A DNA stretch of 60,190 bases, from assembly GCF_002113885.1 (NCBI RefSeq), contig NW_018480011.1:305854-366043 (forward strand), read 5' to 3'. This DNA is from Mizuhopecten yessoensis (taxonomy: Eukaryota). Under the pieces are notes generated by a model. It saw nothing but the letters and a program-made list of their open reading frames with translations, made no database searches and was not told the origin of the DNA. Both the position numbers and the translations under genes were made by a program. Below are positions 14,546 through 26,810 of this stretch, one piece after another; position 1 is the stretch's first letter; each line of letters starts with the position of its first letter.

Positions 14546-14723
14546 CAGACCCGTACACGTTCGCTGTTCCACCTTGGACGCAAACGGTACGGAAGTGCTA
14601 CGCAAACGGTACGGAAATGCTACGCAAATGGTACGGAAATGATACACAAGTGCTACGCAAACGGTACGGAAATGCTACGCAAACGGTACGCTGAAAGTGG
14701 AACAGCAAACGTGTACGGGTCTG
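14546..14723. mobile_element. 178-bp MITE with TA TSD (Tc1/mariner-type) and internal 22-nt tandem repeats
   Basis: TIR CAGACCCGTACACGTTCGCTGTTCCAC / GTGGAACAGCAAACGTGTACGGGTCTG, flanked by TA on both sides. The empty site (taagtTAgcattc) is present in duplication copy 1 near 3365. Internal unit GCTACGCAAACGGTACGGAAAT. Confidence 0.9.
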
Positions 14724-15828
14724 TAGCATTCAAACAAATATAAACTCATGGTGTCCACATAACTATATGTAACACTGTTTCAGTGATTTCTGTAATCGTT
14801 ATTTTTGTAGATTGTGATGGTAGAGTTTGGTTGACATTCGTAAAAATGTTGAACACGTGAACGATAACGAACATGAATCCATTACACATAGATATAATCA
14901 GCAGGTTTACATCACTTAGATATAATCAGCCACTTCACATTTCTGTAACGGTGACAATCTAGTCCGAGGCAAATCTGTATAACCAGCCCGGTGATAAAAT
15001 AATCTAATGCTCAGACTTTTTTTTTTTTTTTTTTTTTTTAACGTTAACATCATTTATATTTATATACAAATATGGTTGATACAGAAAAAAGAGTAAGCGA
15101 TACTTTGGCCTTCCTGGTTTTGTGTTTTGCTACAGAGATATTTATATTAAATGGAGGTCTGTTTAAAGGTTATTGCTCTATGTGACACCTCTATATGCAT
15201 CTATGTACGCTGTCAGTGTGTGTTGATTAATTGTTACAGTAAAGAAGCGATTTTCATTGAAAACTCTATTGTATATTATAAGCACCATGTCAAAGACCAC
15301 TTTCGAGAAACTGCCACTTGTCTAGGTAACATTCTTTTGAATTACATGTCAGTAAATGACCAAACACTGGAACTTATATGCATGTGTAATATATCACATA
15401 TAAGAAACATATTTTCCTTAATATACGGGTAGTCAGTGCTATGGTGTATTTAAAAGTGCCCAAACGAAGAGAAAGTAGTATAATTTGTCGTGATAGGGGT
15501 TAAAATCCATACTTGGTAAAAGTACCATCAAATAACTCTCTTACTACAAACGTTACATTTTTGTTGGTGAACAAAACGTTTATCATACATTTTTTTTTTT
15601 ATTATTATTGATTACAGACAAAATGTATATAAACATAGGGCTTCTAATGTTTTCTGTCATCGAGGGAATCCGCCGCCCCCTCCCCCGCACTTAATTTAAC
15701 TTAACGACTTGTCAACTTACAATTTAAACCTAGTTTGACTGTATTATAAATGGTTTATTTATCTACTTTGATTTGCTAAATAATTATTATTTTTTTTCAC
15801 ACGCAGAACACTCCAAACTTTAAACCTT

Positions 15829-17005
15829 AACTAGAACACTGACATGTCAGTAAGTGCCCCGTCTTGTGGCAATATACTCCCCATAATCACAAAGAAGCAA
15901 TCTGCCCATATACCTGAGCTTGGCATTTGACATTTGGACTTCAAAAAGAATCTCTAGGAGGCAAATATACATTTTACATGTGAGTCTTGTTTCATTTCAC
16001 CTCCATATTTGCTTGGCTAACAAAAATGTAAATACCGGTGCAATACTCATATGTTAGCTTTTATTTGTTCTTATTTCACCTTAAATACCTCCTCCATCAA
16101 GAGCCAGGGTCAAAATCAGGGATCCACTTTGTCTTTGACCTTGGACCCAAATTACCTTGACCTTTAACCCAGTGACCCTGATCTGAAGTCAGTTGACTTG
16201 TTCTTTAATTACTACCAACTTTGCTTCATAATATCATAACAATATGATCTAAGTAAAAAATATAAAATTTGACCTTGATATTGAACCTGTGGACCCCGTA
16301 ACAGTCCCTTAGGTCAGATGGTTCGTGTCAATGTCCGAACAACTTTGCTTCATAATAGCATAAAAAAATGTTCATCATTAAAAAAAAATTAATGGCATTG
16401 ACATGGATCCAGTGACCTTGACATTAAGCCATTTGACTCCCCATTTACTTGACTGTTGATCAAATGACTCCTTGTTTAATTCCGTCTAACATTGCTTTAT
16501 AGTGTCATAACAAAATGTTCATCAGGGAAAAGATACAAAATTTTGAATTAGAGCTTTGACCCAGTGACGTGGACCTTTGGTAAATTGACTCCTTGTTTAA
16601 TTCAACGTTGCTCCATAAGGTCTTAAAATGCTCCTTAGTGAAATGCTACAAAATGTGACCTTGACCTTCGACTTAATGACCTAGACCTCTGAACAGATGC
16701 CCTTGACCTTGATTCAGTTGACTCCTTGTTAATCGGTGAGAAGATGCAAAACCTGGACCTTTGAACCTGATGTCCTTGACCTTTGACCTTGACTTTTTAC
16801 CTCAGAGTGTATTTTTGTGAACTTAACATCTTGACAAAGTTTCATGTAAATCCGTTAATAAATACTAAGTATCAGCTAGTGGACGGACGGCCGGCCGGCC
16901 GGACGGACCGACAAACGGACGGACGGACCGACGGACGGACGGACGGACGGACGGACGGACAGACGGACAGAGTGATTACTATAGGGCACCCGTATCTCCG
17001 ATAAA
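15829..17005 (+). mobile_element. HINE/pearl-like element, duplicate copy with fewer internal units and longer (GGAC)n tract
   Basis: Colinear with 4618-5995 and has the same termini. Confidence 0.75.
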
Positions 17006-18776
17006 AAGGCCTTCATACGGCGGTCATGAACTTGGAAATATCAGTATGTCTAGTAAATTGATTACATGTAAATGAACATGTGTGGGATAAAGCAGGTCGA
17101 AATGAGTGACGGTTACCCTGTGTGTCACAATCTAGAACATTAACATGCGATCAGCACATCATATAAAATGATATTACGAGGGACGCATACCACTGTTAGC
17201 TAAAGCTTCGTAAGGGTGGTAAGTTCGTTCTTTTCAATATTTATATTTCTTTATAAGTATCTGTACGGCCAGAAAATTAATTCACTCGTAGACGTGTTTG
17301 TTGGTTGACAAGAGCTATTTAATTTGCAGAAACATAAAGGGTATGCATTGCATGCTGTGCTGTTGACATTAGGTAGTATTTGATGTTTAGGATATTGAAC
17401 TTTTAATATACTCAGACGTAAGCGTGAGATATAATACATTTTTGGTGTTACGTCTGTACAGACGGGCATGTTTTCAATACACGTGCTAGTATACTGATGT
17501 TTTGAGCGGGGTTTGTTGAGTGCTTCCATTGGTGATTATTGTGAAGCCAACACTGAAGTAATGTTTCTGCAATCTTGTTAGTTTTTTCAGTATTTTATGT
17601 TTATATGATTTATTTCACACAAAAAATCATTTTTGAAATAACGTCAGGTTAGGTCCCTTTCCATCAGTCAGTTAAGGTTTAATTGACACTTCAGTACCCT
17701 ATTGTAGTTTTTGTATTGTTCATGCATTTACATAGCAATCGGTCTGTCTTTTGCTTTATTACTGGTCAATCGTAAGTTCTTTATATTGTTCCATCATGTG
17801 ACGTGATTCAATAGTGTTGGTATTTTCAGTTTTAACTGTTTAATTATTGTTTTGTCTTTGGTTTTCCTTTAAGGTAAACAGATAAGATCGTTCGGAATAC
17901 TCATATTGATTTAATAGTAGGAGGTATTGTTTTGCAGTCCATCATGCAATCTCCACGCCTCTCTTATTCATTAATGATGAACATCATAGTTGCTTTGAGT
18001 ATGTTATCTTACTTTTATTGTTCCAATCTGTTAAAAAAAGTTACGTTTTTTGTCATAGATAAATAAATCAATAACAAAACATGATCATCTACGATAGCAA
18101 AGGTAACAATATTATGACGTATGTATTTACTATCATTAAAGCATGTCCCATGTGTAGATACATACAACTGTATGAGCCCTACATTACTATACCCCATACC
18201 GTATATAACGCGAAAATCATTTCATAGGATTTTTAGGCGATCCCGGATGTTTTTATGTAATCTGATATCATCCTATTTATGGATATCGACATTACAAAAA
18301 TCACATAATAGTAACATTCATTTTCTAAAGTACATTATTCCTGCAATCCTAAGACTTGTTCTTGATCTTTGTGAACATTCGTGCCATGAAAATGTATAAC
18401 ATTAAAAATAATATTGATTAAATTGCCTAAATGATAACATTTTATATACGTGACCGTCAACTTATTTTCTACTTCACCATTTGTCCATTGACGGACTATG
18501 TCAATATACGAAATGATATGCAAACAATCTATCAAACCGTACTTTCAAGTTCTTATACTTTAATTGGGAGAAACTCGACCAGCCATCTTTCAGGAACACT
18601 CCGCTACGTGTCGTATTTTCTGTTACAAAACATGCAGAAACAACATATTTACCTTTACTAGCACAAAAAGTGATACCGCTATACAATTTTATTTCAATAA
18701 AGTATACAAAGTAGTAAATATGAAAATTAAATTGTTTTTTTCTCAATAGTATCACCATATTGACATTGCTGTTGCC

Positions 18777-20976
18777 ATGGAGATCAGGAAGATTGAGGAC
18801 AGAGGAGGGGAGGCGATACTTACCAAATACTATGACGGAATTCATTTCACACCAAAAACTCCTGGGAATGTGAAAGACCATTTAGAGGCAATAAAGAACT
18901 TAAAATACAAGAAGGGCGATGTACTTATCGATACTTTCCCTAAAACTGGTATGTTGACAGTTAAGTTTAAAATCACGCGGATCGTATGCATAGTACTAAA
19001 TTGATAATTGGCATTATATAACCTATTAAATTATGTAACAAACGACACTTTCTTGTATGGTAACTAGAATGTCCAAATTAATTTATTAGGAAATAAAATT
19101 AATGACCAATGAATTATAATGTATGATACAAAAATGGAAACTTGTTGCAGTGAATAAAATGTCATATTTTCAGGAACGCACTGGACTTTCGACATTGTGA
19201 AAATGTTGAAAAACGAACAAGCTGAATACAGTTCTGGAATAATCATGCTTTTAGACTTCGCACCAAGCACGGAATTCGATGCCTTAGACAGCCCTAGAGT
19301 TCTGATGTCACATTTCTATCCGCAACATATTCCGAAATTTGTCGTAGACGAGAAATGTAAAATCGTCTATGTCTACCGGAACCCAAAGGATACAGCAGTA
19401 TCTATGTTCTCCTTCCTGAAGCAACTAAACATCAAGGGAATGAAAGGTTATAAAGGCACATGGGAACATTTCTTTGAATTATTCACCACAAAGTCAGGTG
19501 AGTACAATCTGCTAGAGCATATTCGTTTAATAAGAACCAATCTAACAAAGTATAATTGTATAAGTATCGATGAATAAATCAGAGTATAACACGTAAATCT
19601 ATGTATATTTGATGAGTTAACATTGTTTTCGTTCAAGTGCACTATAATTCGTGGCTCGAGCACATGCAATCATGGCTGGACTTTAAGAAGAAGAATCCGG
19701 ACCTGCCCATTCTGATGATATCATTCGAAGACATGAAAAAGGTATTTTATTTTTTTAATAAAAATGTGTACAGACGCAGGTCGTGGAATCAAATTGTTTG
19801 ACTGTTTTCCTAATGAAAAATGTACTTCAATATGTTTTAAAATTTTAAAAATATGCAAGTGTATGGTGTTTTTTCATTTGATGAATATTTTTTCTGATAT
19901 AATTTTCGTCAATAACCCGTTATTTTCCATTATTCCGAGCTACCAGATTTCAAACAGCTAGCATATTCTTCAAGACGTTCAGGAATTTTAGAGCATTATG
20001 ACATGTAAATGTTAAACGGGCGTCAAAGTTAACAACCTAAGTACATGTTTTAGCGCACTCAAATTCTAGCGTATAAGTTTTAAATAAATTAGCGCATTAG
20101 CCTATCTCAACAATATGGAATATAGAACAATATACAAAAACTTGAATGGGCCCATTGATAAGTTAGTACAATAAGTAACGCGAAAAGCGCTAAGAGAAAA
20201 CTACTGCTTAAAATGTTCAGGTTAAGAAGTATCACAACAATATTCACGTCCGTACGATTCTTTATACTATCCTTTCTATGATCTTCCGATTGGGCATTCT
20301 TTGGACTACTTATATATAATTATAGGCTACATATTCAAAAATACTAACGGTAATAAGGTTTGTATACTTCAGGACCTCAGAAGCTGTGTTCAAAAGATTG
20401 CAGAACATCTTGGTACCAAACAAGACCCAGACTTTCTTGACGAAGTGACAAATAAATGTCAGTTTAGCGCCATGTCGAAAGCAAAGAGCACAAACGAAAT
20501 TGAGACGGCCATGAGCGCAGACGGTAGCAATCCATTTTATCGGAAAGGTAATTTGTTTAAAGTCTAGTGGATACCGAAGTGTAGTAATATCTGTAAATCG
20601 GGCTCAGGATCGATGAAGCTATTGCAGAATATGCATAACAGTCATTACAATCCATTTTAATTTTATTTTCAGGGTTTAACATGAAATTTTGTCATTTCAA
20701 ATAATGGTTTAGTTCATATCTTGGGTTTTCCCTTTGCAATATGTACCCAGTTCAATCCGAACACTAGTAGCGTATCAGTAATATACTAGGTTTTAAATCA
20801 TTTTGATGCAATACAGAAATATGTTAATATATTGGTGACGTCTGTTCAAACTTATTATTCCAGGTGATGTAGGCGATTGGAAGAACTGGTTAACTGTTGC
20901 TCAGAATGAAATGTATGATGCCTTGATGGAAGAAAGTATGGCAGACATCGATATAGAAGTGAAATATACCTTGTAA
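18777..20976 (+). CDS. Cytosolic sulfotransferase SULT-B, 295 aa (recent duplicate of SULT-A); exons 18777-18948, 19174-19497, 19638-19741, 20373-20547, 20864-20976
   Basis: 172+324+104+175+113=888 nt, open frame, GT-AG introns, same motifs as SULT-A. About 25 aa differences from SULT-A by hand count. Confidence 0.95.
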
Positions 20977-21333
20977 TAGACATTTACCACAATTGGTTAT
21001 AACTAGATCGCAATTTCTATCTTTTTAATATTTTCAATCTGTGAATGAACATGGAAAATGATTTTGGTGTGAAAAAAAAGGTCATTGGTTTGGGAACAGT
21101 CCAGCAAAAAATAAAAACCGAATAAATCATATGGTCATATTTAGCCTATACTTCTATGTTTTTATTTTTAACTTTGATGACATCTGTTTCAAGACAAAAG
21201 GGTGGTGATTCAACTTTCACCCACATATGCATTTATAGTGTAAGTAGTGTAAGGTGATTTAGAGGTGATACATACTACAGTATCTTATATGTAGTACATT
21301 GCTATTCATACTTTAATTTGTTACATCCTAATA

Positions 21334-22749
21334 TACTGAACAAAAAAAAAAAGAAACACGCAAAGTCCCCCCACCCCCACCCCCCATGCAGTATCTACCC
21401 AAAAATCATCCAAGCGTGACGATGTCATTGTGTGACTTTGTGAGCTTCTCTAGTCCAAATCACTTGGCGGGATCAAGATAAGCTTGTAGTTTTTCAAACA
21501 AATAATCTCAACGGATACTCTAAGTTCATCAACACTAATTTGCCACGTTGGCATTTTGATTTCGCCATTGACTGAGATGCTTAACGCAAATTCAGAGGGG
21601 TAGAGCAATTGCGATGTTAATGGATGGTCATAGCAAAACTGCTGTTGCACGGCAATTTGGTGTTGGCCCGTGTACATTTAACCGTCTCTCTGCACGTTTC
21701 CTTGCTACTGGGTTCGTTTCCGATCGTCCCAGGAGCGGTCGTCTGCGTGTAACGACTACACGACAAGACAGGGCGATTCGATTGTCGCACATGCGCAACA
21801 GATTCAAGACTGCTGTAGAGACTGCGTCGCATACCTTAGGTACTCATGGCAGACCCATTAGTCCTCAAAATGTCCAGGAACCGCTTGCGTTCCGAGAGAA
21901 TCATTGCGCGCCGACCTTATGTTGGGCCACCTCTGACACCACGGAGGCGGCAAGTTCGTCTTAACTGGATGCGCAGACATGGCCCGAAAAGGTTTGGGAT
22001 GCGTCGATAGAGGCGTGTAATGTTCACCGGCGAGTCTTGATTCTGTCTGTATCGCTCAGACGAAAGAAAAGGGGTAAATCGCAGACTCGGTAGGGCTTCT
22101 GTAATGGTTTGGAGAGGCATTTCCAAAGGAGTAAAATCCCTATTAGTGGTCCTGGATCAAAACCCCAATGATGTTCGATACAGAGACCAGATCCTCCAAT
22201 CACATGTCCTTCCACTTCTCAGACGTCATAACCTGATTTTCCAGCAAGACAATGCTCGACCGCATGTTGCCAGAGTCTGTCGTGATTTTATCACGGCAGA
22301 CAACGTTCAGCCTCTGGAATGGCCCCCATATAGCTCCGGCATGTCTCCAATTGAGCATATGTGGGATGAGCTGGACAGGCGTATTAGGAAACGTCAAAAC
22401 ACCCCAACTAACCGCGCCTAGTTGATCGCAGCATTAATACAAGAATGGAACACCATTTCCTTTAGGGCGAATAAATGTTCTCATGAATTCAATGCATAGG
22501 AGAATCCGTGCAGAGATTCGTGCAAAAGGTGCCCACACCAGGTACTGAAGTGTCATTTTGTTTTTCGCGGAATTCCCACTTTGATTAACTACTGATGACA
22601 CGAGTGACTTCACACATATTTTTCTTCTACAGTATTGTAAAGAGTAGACTTGTCCCTCCACATTGAAATACAATTTTGTACAAATTTCCAAAATATCATA
22701 AGCTATTAATTACATAAATTTATTGTGCGTTTCTTTTTTTTGTTCAGTA
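21334..22749 (+). mobile_element. Tc1-family DNA transposon (DD34E), defective
   Basis: TIR TACTGAACAAAAAAA..GAAAC / GTTTC..TTTTTTTGTTCAGTA with TA TSD. The empty site is in duplication copy 1 near 10583 (cttaaTAtaaacaatac). Confidence 0.93.
21614..22548 (+). pseudogene. Tc1 transposase pseudogene
   Basis: HTH (AVARQFGV), RPRSGR linker, FQQDNARPH...SPIEHMW with exactly 34 residues between D and E, C-terminal GAHTRY*. Frameshifts and stops; the first catalytic D is mutated (FTGES). Confidence 0.9.
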
Positions 22750-23074
22750 TATAAACATTACAATCGAAAGTGACTGTTTCTTGTTAAAAAAGTCAATAAT
22801 GCTTTGTAAACGGAAATAACTCAAAACCTACCGATAACTTTTAAGACTTTCATTTTCATCAATCTACAAACGTAAAATTTAACATAATATACCATTTAAT
22901 CTTGCTTCAAGATAACTCAATATTATGAGAAATAAAGATGATTTCGAAAGACGAACTGAGAAGCTTAAAATAGATAGAAATTACCAAAAAAGCGCTCCAA
23001 AATCGAATTAAAAAACCAAACGAAAGCAAAAAGTTTACTTCCTGCATATAGAATGTGAAGACCAACCTGGTCAT

Positions 23075-23703
23075 AATCAGTAAGAATAAAATCGTAATGA
23101 TGGACTGGATCATTATTTTGTTGTACAGAAGACAGGTTTTTGAAATGATTGAACAGTTGATTACCATTACACATTGGTGTTTTAGCTTTCTTCTTACCAA
23201 ATTTCTTATAAAAAGACCCGGGGTTATGTTTTCTCATATACTCCAACATATCACCTTCTGCGCTCAAATATTGCCTCTTAAACTTACTTTCCAGGATTTT
23301 GTACTCTTTTTTCTTACGGATTAGAAGAGTGTGTGTCCAGTAACATTTGTTAATGTTGAAATTCTTTAAAGAAACTAAATAATGTTTACGTAGAGCTCTA
23401 ACACGATCATTAAACCAGGGCTTATCTTCGGAACTAGAAAAGGTATGGGTGTCAACTTTAACAGGGGGCTTATCAGTGTTATTTTTGGGCGGTTTTCTTA
23501 GAAAAAATGGTTTCATAGTCCCAAGTAAAACATCAGTAAAATGACTTACACAGGTATCAATATAAAATTGATTTAATTCATCATTGATTAAAACTGATTT
23601 CTTTATTAAGTCTAAATTAACTCTTAAAGATTCGATAAACTGATGTTGGTACTCCTCCTTCCATTTATACACAGGTATATCATTAAAATTACCATCATCA
23701 TAC

Positions 23704-23740
<37 letters not shown>

Positions 23741-23925
23741 CATCACCACCTCCTAAATAACAGTGTATTTCAAAGTGCAATAGAGCATGGTCGGAAAATT
23801 CAACAAATTCGTAAACCATGATTTTTTTAACAACAGAAAACATACTAAATGGCATTAATACATAATCAATAACACTCATTCCATTTGCACCAAAAAATGT
23901 AAAATCACTAGATAGATTGTCTAGG
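23075..23925 (-). mobile_element. LINE ORF2 fragment (APE-endonuclease C-terminus plus linker) with (TCA)n poly-Asp expansion
   Basis: ORF 22965-23981 contains FTFFGANGMSVIDYVL...FSDHALLHFEI (APE IDY/SDH motifs) and KPWFNDRV...RKKKEYK linker. Truncated before the RT domain. Confidence 0.8.
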
Positions 23926-25594
23926 TCTCTAAACATAACATACATACATATATATCTTATTACCGCAATTCTCCTTGACAACTAACATATGGGTAACAAA
24001 TTATTGGAACATTTGATGGCAATAACACATCTAAAATCGCCATGTCGCTAGTACTACATGTAATATCCGATTATAACAAAAAGAATCAACGATGCTCGGC
24101 AAAACAATAACAATTAAAAATAGAAATAACGTTACATAGTGGCGTGCCAATAATATAATATATATCCAGTGCATCTACATCCATACAATGTGTATATAAG
24201 TACATTGAGAAAAAAAAAAAAAAAACCAGTTTCACATGTCTACGTATGGATGGAAACCACAATAACTGATAACAAAAATCCACGTGGTTGGGTACGTGAT
24301 CCGTCACCTGTAAAGATCGAATTTGGCAGTTCTTGTAATAATCAAAATTTTCTTTCTTTAAAAACTCCATACCCATTCTTATGAGTATGTTTCCAGCTTT
24401 TGACCTTGACATCATACTGTTTGTCTGCAAATAGATAACTGTAGTTAAAATAACGTCAGCCGGCCCCTTGACACTTTAAATTATTACAGCGGTCACAATC
24501 TAGACCGAGTTAAACAGTACAAGTTCGATCAGCTTAATGATGAAATTCTTCCAGTAAAAGATCACGGTTCGTGATCGATTTATTAAAGATTACTTCAACG
24601 CGGTTGCTTCAGCTTTTTATTGAAACGTTTGTTTACAGTCTATATGATAATGAAGTTGCTAAATAAAAAATACAAGTTTACTTGCACTGTATTGGGTTGA
24701 AAATTCCAAGAAACGATTGAGTTGTGAAGCTAACAAATATTTGAATGAATCAGTTACGAATTTCACCGACATCTACTTCTAAATGTTGACGGGCTATGCT
24801 GTTGGGGTGGTGATTAATTAGCACATAGCACAGTCCAGTTGTTCACCCCAACGTTAGAATGGGTCGTGTTCAAGCACACACATACTCTGCATGACCTTTT
24901 GGAAACAGAGTGCCTGTACAGGAGTATATGAGTGACCATGTGACAGAGACTTCATAAAGTGCCTCAGCTGGAATATTGTGAGTTAACCAATGGTTTTAAT
25001 ATCTTATTTTATTTTAACAAAATGATCTTGCTTTATCGCTTAGTATTTGTTTATTAATTTTAATGCAAATGAACGAGAACGTTATTTGTAATTTAGCATT
25101 ACTGGTACCGGTCCTTCTTCTACTTCTAAATAGTACTGACCATTTTCAACAATTTGAAGATAAAATGTCAGACGAAGAGTGAAACATGGACAGAGATTGT
25201 TTTTAAAAGATACGAGATGGTCTAATTTGCGTTTTGTAAATCATATATTTAGGTTGCTAATTTAGTATCATACATATATGAACACCGATACAAGCAAGCA
25301 TATATACATTTTATTTTTAATGCCGTTATAAATAATGTTTTAAATACTAAATTGAAATTTGTTTTTAAAAAAATCTGCAATATATTGTAAACAATTGCTT
25401 TATATTTGGAAGGTGTGCATACTTTTTATATCGTTCACAAAATTGTGTTGGGGGCTAGGGCGAATTATGAACACAGAATCAAAAGAATCAACATCAAAGG
25501 AGTTACCACCCTTTATACGAATTAATCAATATATAATATTATCTTTTACTGACACTATACACAACTTTCAGCGCATGTTGTGATTTATTTTATT

Positions 25595-25860
25595 TTTACC
25601 AGTGACAAACTGAAAGTATTCTTTTTACAAACTAGTGAAAAATCACTTTTGCTTATTTGACAAATCAAAACACTGATTACAAACTACCGTGGCAAGTGGC
25701 TAATCTGCTAAAATCCTTTTATACTTAACGATACACTGACCTCGAGAAAATCCGTCTGAGTTATCAACCTACTCTACTGCCCAGAATAATAATATGTTAC
25801 ATATCGTGGGGGAATCGTTTGCTTGCCTATATGGGGAAACACAATGTTTAATTCTACAAA
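25595..25860. repeat. Dispersed repeat, second copy at ~33170-33460
   Basis: Shared segments tttaccagtg, ttacaaactacc, cttaacgatac, cctcgagaaaatccgtctga, actgcccagaata and gggaacacaa occur in the same order in both copies. Confidence 0.65.
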
Positions 25861-26652
25861 TTCCTGAAGACACCGTTAAATATCGTTTGTGTTTTCCAAT
25901 AAAAACACATTCATTGTTTATTGTGAAATATGTTGGTTTTTTTTGTTTTTTTTTTATATTTGATAGGTGAAGGTATTATTTAAAGTATCTTATTGACAGT
26001 ATAGATCCAATGGTTAATCGTCTCAAACATTTAGTACAGACGTCCAATGTTAACAGAGCAACTCAATGAATGGAATCAAAACACTTTTATTTATACTGAA
26101 TATTTTGCTAAACACAACATAGTGTCCTTACTTAGACTCATGCTACTGTGAAGGAGACAGCAAACAAACGATTGGGTATGGGACAGAAGCAATTAGGGTT
26201 TCAAATCAATTGTTTATAGCACTGGTACTAGCCTCGTCTGTCAATACACCTATACTATAAGTAAGGTTGCTCACTATGTACCCCTAGTAAAATGAATCCG
26301 TTCCAGAAAACATGCGATTTTGTCAAAACCGTTCATATTATGTGCCGGGAGCAGTCTTTATCGATATTTCTTTTTCTTCATTAATTTGATGTATGACTTG
26401 CCATATATAATGCAGTAAAATTTTCGGTACACTTCATGAAACATCGAAAAATGGTCGAATTTCAGTTGGTCGGACACTGTGCTGTCCTCGCGATGACACG
26501 TTAAATCCCCAGTGGGAAGCACCTAATACACGGCATGTTCGCTATTCAATGTCAGTACAGTGTTTCTACGATAGGAAACAAACTTACCTGTTTTATAGTT
26601 CATGCCTTTTTATTATCATGTCGGACGCCCGAGTCCAGTTTTTAAGCTGGTT

Positions 26653-26810
26653 AGGCTGACGATCGGAAATCTGAACAGAGCCTGCCATTTTCTCTAACTT
26701 CTGTGAACTCGTCTCTGATTGGTCCGTTAAATTAAGAAGCCAGTTAGCGCGGAGCTCACAAAAGTTAGAGAAAAATGGCAGGCTCTGTTTAGATTTTCGA
26801 TCGTCAGCCT
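26653..26810. mobile_element. Foldback MITE (~58-bp arms)
   Basis: AGGCTGACGATCGGAAATCTGAACAGAGCCTGCCATTTTCTCTAACTT is inverted at 26762-26810. TTA/TGA flanks would fit a PIF/Harbinger-type TSD with one mismatch. Confidence 0.75.

Larger units (their letters stand above)
11332..23070 (+). repeat. Tandem segmental duplication, copy 2 (contains SULT-B plus copy-specific MITE and Tc1 insertions)
   Basis: Colinear with 276-10930. The extra length is largely explained by the insertions at 14546-14723 and 21334-22749. Confidence 0.93.

Noticed and set aside
14387-14743. 118-aa ORF with repeated CYANGTEM units
   Set aside because: It is the translation of the MITE's 22-nt internal repeats plus flanking DNA; the ORF is absent from duplication copy 1.
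16783-17004. ORF with GRTD repeats
   Set aside because: Translation of the (GGAC)n microsatellite of a HINE-like element.
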